Source: Myxococcota bacterium (GTDB taxonomy: Bacteria > Myxococcota_A > Polyangia > Polyangiales > Sandaracinaceae). From it: a stretch of 30,652 bases of DNA. The translations under genes and the position numbers were made by a program. Positions 25,241-30,652 of the stretch are shown here, piece by piece; the stretch's first letter is position 1; each line of letters opens with the position of its first letter. The stretch is taken from the NCBI GenBank assembly GCA_036149055.1, contig JAYZQJ010000068.1:1-30652 (forward strand). The letters are read 5' to 3'. The notes beneath the pieces are model-generated. The model saw nothing but the letters and a program-made list of their open reading frames with translations, had not been told where the DNA came from and ran no database searches.

Positions 25241-25362
25241 GCCCCCGACGGGGACGGTGCACGCGTGATCCGGGGGCGCGGCGGGAGCGCGGAGCATTCC
25301 ATGTTCCAGGCGGAGCCTCTCGCGCTCCGGCAAGAACGGCGGGCCGCTGGTAGGCTCCCGCC

Positions 25363-25967
25363 ATGCGCGCGTCCCTCGCGGCCCTGGCCGCTCTCGCCCT
25401 GCTGACCGCCTGCGACGGCGGCGACGCCCCGGCCGACTCCGGCCTCACCCGGCCCGACGCCGGCCCGCCGGACGCGCCGCGGGTGCGCATGGCCTGGCGG
25501 GTGCGCTGCAACGACGGGGTGTGTCCCCCCGAGGAGCCCCCGGTGCGGAGCGTCGACGCCGAGGACGGCCAGGACGGCTTCGAGGTGGCCTGCGACGTGA
25601 CGCTCGAGGGCGACGAGCGACGCATGAACCTCACGGTGCGCTCGCCCGAGGGCTGGGGCCTGGAGGTCCGGGGCGCGAAGATGGAGCCGATGGGGGTGCG
25701 CCTGGTCGGCTCGCTCTGCCAGATCCGGATCTTCGAGCCGGACGACGTCGACCTCTTCACCCCGTGCTCGAGCAACCCGCCGACGCCCGAGCGCGCCTGC
25801 CAGTTCCAGCGGCTGGACATCAGCGAGAACGAGGGCTTCCCCAGCCTCACCGGGGAGCTCCGCTGCGAGGCCGCCCCCGCCGAGCGCGACGCGACCCGCC
25901 TCCGCGACGTCACCGCCCCCGCCTCCAGTGGCTTCGCGGAGCTCGTCTTCCAGGGCTGCGACGGGCT

Positions 25968-25971
<4 letters not shown>
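25363..25971 (+). CDS. Cys-rich hypothetical lipoprotein (202 aa)
   Basis: Lipobox LLTA-C, a DSG/DAG linker and eight further cysteines. TAGGCT lies 6 nt upstream of the ATG. Confidence 0.75.
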
Positions 25972-27494
<1,523 letters not shown>

Positions 27495-27547
27495 CCGTCC
27501 GGAGTATACGGTTGTCGCCCCTCCGCCAGGCGCACTACGTTCGACCC

Positions 27548-28741
27548 ATGGGATTCGAACCGCGCCCGGAGCTGCAGGAGCAGCTCGACCGCATCCGCCG
27601 CTTCGTCGACGACGAGCTGCTGCCGCTGGAGCCGAAGCTGCTGGCCGAGGGCTTCGTCGCGTGCCTGCCCGACCTCGAGGAGAAGCGCCGGAAGGTGCGC
27701 GAGGCGGGCCTCTGGGCGCCGTGGCTCTCGGCCGACCACGGCGGCATGGGCATGCCGCTCATGGACTTCGCGTACGTCTCCGAGGTCCTCGGACGCACCC
27801 CGATCGGGCACTACGCGTTCCACTCGCAGGCGCCGGACGTGGGCAACATGGAGCTGCTCCTGCACGCCGGCAGCGACGAGCAGAAGGAGCGCTTCCTGGC
27901 GCCGCTCGTGCGCGGCGAGGTCCGCAGCTGCTTCGCGATGACCGAGCCGGAGCACGCCGGCAGCAACCCGGTGTGGATGAGCACCGTGGCCCGCGCGGAC
28001 GGCGACGACTACGTCATCGACGGCCACAAGTGGTTCACCACCTCCGCCGACGGCGCGTCGTTCGCGATCGTGATGGCGGTGACCGACCCGGAGGGCGAGC
28101 CGCACGCGCGCGCCTCCCAGATCCTCGTGCCCTGCGACGCGCCGGGCTTCGAGATCGTGCGCAACATCTCGGTGATGGGCCACCCCGGGGGCGGCTGGGC
28201 GAGCCACAGCGAGGTGCGGCTCACCGGCGTGCGGGTCCCGCAGGCCAACCGGCTCGGCCCCGAGGGCTCGGGCTTCATGCTCGCCCAGACCCGGCTCGGG
28301 CCGGGGCGGATCCACCACTGCATGCGCTGGATCGGCATCTGCGAGCGCGCCTTCGAGCTGATGTGCCGGCGGGCGACGAGCCGGGAGATCGCGCCGGGCA
28401 AGAGCCTCGGGACGCGCCAGATCGTGCAGGCGTGGATCGCGGAGAGCCGGGCCGAGATCGACAGCGCGCGCCTGATGGTGCTGCACACCGCCGAGCAGAT
28501 CGATCGCCACGGCACCTTCGCGGCGAAGAACGAGATCTCGCTGATCAAGTTCCACGTCGCCGGCGTGCTGCAGCGCGTCGTCGACCGCGCGCTCCAGGTG
28601 CACGGGGCGCTCGGCATGACCGACGACACCCTGCTCGCCTTCTGGTACCGCGAGGAGCGCGCCGCGCGCATCTACGACGGGCCGGACGAGGTCCACAAGA
28701 TCAGCGTGGCCAAGCGCATCCTCCGCCAGTTCGGCGGCTGA
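27548..28741 (+). CDS. Acyl-CoA dehydrogenase (ACAD10/11-like subfamily), 397 aa
   Basis: APDVGNMELL, SCFAMTEPEHAGS, DGHKWFTT, AQTRLGPGRIHHCMR, ALQVHGALG and RIYDGPDEVH. Start at ATG 27548 with TACGTT 6 nt upstream. Confidence 0.95.
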   Translation: MGFEPRPELQEQLDRIRRFVDDELLPLEPKLLAEGFVACLPDLEEKRRKVREAGLWAPWLSADHGGMGMPLMDFAYVSEVLGRTPIGHYAFHSQAPDVGNMELLLHAGSDEQKERFLAPLVRGEVRSCFAMTEPEHAGSNPVWMSTVARADGDDYVIDGHKWFTTSADGASFAIVMAVTDPEGEPHARASQILVPCDAPGFEIVRNISVMGHPGGGWASHSEVRLTGVRVPQANRLGPEGSGFMLAQTRLGPGRIHHCMRWIGICERAFELMCRRATSREIAPGKSLGTRQIVQAWIAESRAEIDSARLMVLHTAEQIDRHGTFAAKNEISLIKFHVAGVLQRVVDRALQVHGALGMTDDTLLAFWYREERAARIYDGPDEVHKISVAKRILRQFGG

Positions 28742-28752
28742 CGCGCTTCCTT

Positions 28753-28780
28753 ACAGGGCCCTTTCACCCGGGGGCCCTGT
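28753..28780. terminator. Inverted repeat after acyl-CoA dehydrogenase (possible terminator/stabilising stem)
   Basis: ACAGGGCCC-N10-GGGCCCTGT is a perfect 9-bp stem, with no U-tract. Confidence 0.4.
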
Positions 28781-28801
28781 CGGTGAATACTGAGCCGGAG
28801 T

Positions 28802-30400
28802 TTGTTCGCGACCGGCGACGTCCTGGGGAGCTACCGGGTCCTGGCGCACCTGCGCTCGGGCGGCATGGCCGATCTGTACCTGGCGCGGCGCGAGGGGGCC
28901 GCGGGCTTCCGGCGCCTGGTCGCCATCAAGGTCGTGCACCCGCGGCACGCCGAGGACGAGCACCTCGTCCGGATGTTCCTCGACGAGGCCCTGCTCTCGG
29001 CCCGGATCGATCACCCGAACGTGGTGCACGTCGAGGACCTGGGGCAGCTCGACGAGACCTACTTCCTGGTCATGGAGTACGTGCACGGCTGCTCGCTCGC
29101 GCAGCTGATGCGGGTGCTCGGCCGGATGAAGCGGCGGCTGAGCCCGCTGGTCGCGGTCGCGATCGCGGCCCGGGTGGCCGAGGGGCTGCACGCGGCCCAC
29201 GAGACCACCGACGACGGCGGCGAGCTGGTGAGCCTCGTGCACCGCGACGTCAGCCCGCAGAACATCCTCCTCAGCCACAAGGGCCACGTGAAGCTCATCG
29301 ACTTCGGGGTCGCCAAGGCGCGGCTGCGGAGCGAGGAGACCAACGTCGCCATGCTCAAGGGCAAGGTTCGCTACATGCCGCCCGAGCAGGCGACCACGGG
29401 CCTCGTCGACCGGCGCAGCGACGTGTACTCCCTCGGGATCGTGCTCTGGGAGATGCTGACCATGCGGCGGCTCTTCGCGGGCAAGAGCGAGTTCGAGGTG
29501 CTGCTCAAGGTCCGCGACCCGAAGGTCGAGCCGCCGAGCCGCTACGTCGCCGACATCCCGAAGGAGCTCGACGACGTCGTGCTCGCCGCCCTCGCCCCGG
29601 ATCCCGAGGACCGGCCGAAGAGCGCGAAGGTCTTCCGGCGCATGCTGGCCCGCGCGGTGCCGCGCTCGATGGTGCTCGACAGCGCCCACCTCGCGGAGCT
29701 GATGCTCTCGGTGGTCGGCGACGAGCTCGAGGAGGTGCAGAGCGAGCTGCCGGAGGAGGTCAGCAAGCTCCTCCAGGCCGAGCAGCTGCGGGTCACCCTC
29801 ACCGAGCTCGAGGAGCGCGGCAAGGAGGAGGAGACCACCGAGAGCGCGGTCGAGATCATGACCGTGCACTCGGACCTCGCGCTGTTCGACGTGGACGAGC
29901 TGGACGAGAGCCCGGAGGGCGGGCCGATCCCCGCCAGCCACACCCGGCCCGGCAGCCCGAGCGCGATCCACCAGCGATCGGCCGAGATGAGCGCCGAGAT
30001 GGTCGCCGAGGCGGCGGCGGCCCCGACCGAGGACGACGCGGACCCGACGGTGGTGGGCGACGTGCCGCCCGGGGTGCTCGAGGTCTACCGGGCCGCGCGC
30101 GCCGCGAGCCAGCTCGAGCACGACACCGAGACCGACGACCTGCCGACCGTGCCGCGGCGCGCGGCGGCCCAGATCCCGGCGCCCTCCGCCCTGCCTCCCC
30201 AGGTGCTCTCCCCCGCCGAGCGCGCGCGACGCTCCGCGCTGGCCTCGCGCCTTCTGATCGCGGCGGCCGCCCTCGCGGTCTCGATGCTGGTCGGCGGGCT
30301 CGTCGCCATCGCCTGGCTGATCGGCGGCGCCGGCGACGCGCCGTCCGACCCGGTGATCGAGCCGGGGCGCGCGGCGACCCAGGCTCAGCCCGCGGACTGA
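28802..30400 (+). CDS. Hanks-type Ser/Thr protein kinase with C-terminal TM helix (532 aa)
   Basis: GGMADLY, VAIK, HPNVV, VHRDVSPQNIL, DFGVAK, YMPPEQ and DVYSLG, then an acidic linker and the TM segment LLIAAAALAVSMLVGGLVAIAWLI. The TTG start is uncertain (in-frame stop at 28784). Confidence 0.93.
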   Translation: MFATGDVLGSYRVLAHLRSGGMADLYLARREGAAGFRRLVAIKVVHPRHAEDEHLVRMFLDEALLSARIDHPNVVHVEDLGQLDETYFLVMEYVHGCSLAQLMRVLGRMKRRLSPLVAVAIAARVAEGLHAAHETTDDGGELVSLVHRDVSPQNILLSHKGHVKLIDFGVAKARLRSEETNVAMLKGKVRYMPPEQATTGLVDRRSDVYSLGIVLWEMLTMRRLFAGKSEFEVLLKVRDPKVEPPSRYVADIPKELDDVVLAALAPDPEDRPKSAKVFRRMLARAVPRSMVLDSAHLAELMLSVVGDELEEVQSELPEEVSKLLQAEQLRVTLTELEERGKEEETTESAVEIMTVHSDLALFDVDELDESPEGGPIPASHTRPGSPSAIHQRSAEMSAEMVAEAAAAPTEDDADPTVVGDVPPGVLEVYRAARAASQLEHDTETDDLPTVPRRAAAQIPAPSALPPQVLSPAERARRSALASRLLIAAAALAVSMLVGGLVAIAWLIGGAGDAPSDPVIEPGRAATQAQPAD

Positions 30401-30451
30401 CTCGAGAGGTGGCAAATAATGGCGCCGGGGCATCCCCCCGCTTCCACGACT

Positions 30452-30652
30452 GACCTGAGACGAGCGCGGCGAGGTCGCCGCACGCGCCACTCGAGTCGTT
30501 CGATCCCGCGGCAGCGGGCGGCCAGCTCGCGCGCAGCGCGCGCGCGAGCCGCAGGGCCCCCAGCGCCCCGTCGCTGGGGTCGCGGCGCGAGCGCGAAGCG
30601 CGACGCGCCGGCGGAGTCGGGAGGGGGGCCCCATTGGCGCTTTGCCCAATGG
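30452..30652 (-). repeat. Multi-hairpin dispersed repeat element, copy 2 (inverted, truncated by window end)
   Basis: Reverse complement of 19898-20112, nearly identical over 30498-30652. Confidence 0.85.

Overview
This is a very GC-rich (roughly 70-75% by eye) bacterial chromosomal segment. Its gene content and style point to a myxobacterium (Myxococcota, probably Polyangiales/Sandaracinaceae-like; inference): a eukaryotic-type Ser/Thr kinase, a sigma54 activator, a ~2600-aa TPR-like protein and many Cys-rich lipoproteins with DAG/DSG linkers. It holds about 19 credible protein genes: two proteins with YfaP/DUF2135-like domains, a LamG lipoprotein, MobA, a nitrate-reductase-associated-family protein, YihY, a MazG-like pyrophosphatase, the giant TPR-like protein, a PAS hybrid kinase, an NlpC/P60 fusion, a response regulator, an NRAMP-like transporter, a CoA-binding protein, a beta-barrel, a CX4CH cytochrome-like/CBM lipoprotein, a Cys-rich lipoprotein, a PocR-sigma54 activator, an acyl-CoA dehydrogenase and the Ser/Thr kinase. 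No rRNA, tRNA, CRISPR, transposase or phage genes were recognised. The most notable observations are: (1) an apparently complete sigma54 transcription unit (tandem upstream sites, -24/-12 box, RBS, 25-codon ORF, 3' hairpin) in the 4611-4907 gap; (2) an NlpC/P60 lipoprotein with a second papain-like Cys/His/Asp domain; (3) a coupled cytochrome-CBM lipoprotein plus beta-barrel pair behind a sigma54-like promoter; (4) many TANNNT boxes 6-10 nt before start codons, suggesting leaderless mRNAs; (5) three distinct intergenic repeat families, including a multi-hairpin element of about 240 bp present twice in inverted orientation. All family assignments come from motif recognition by eye; no database search was run.
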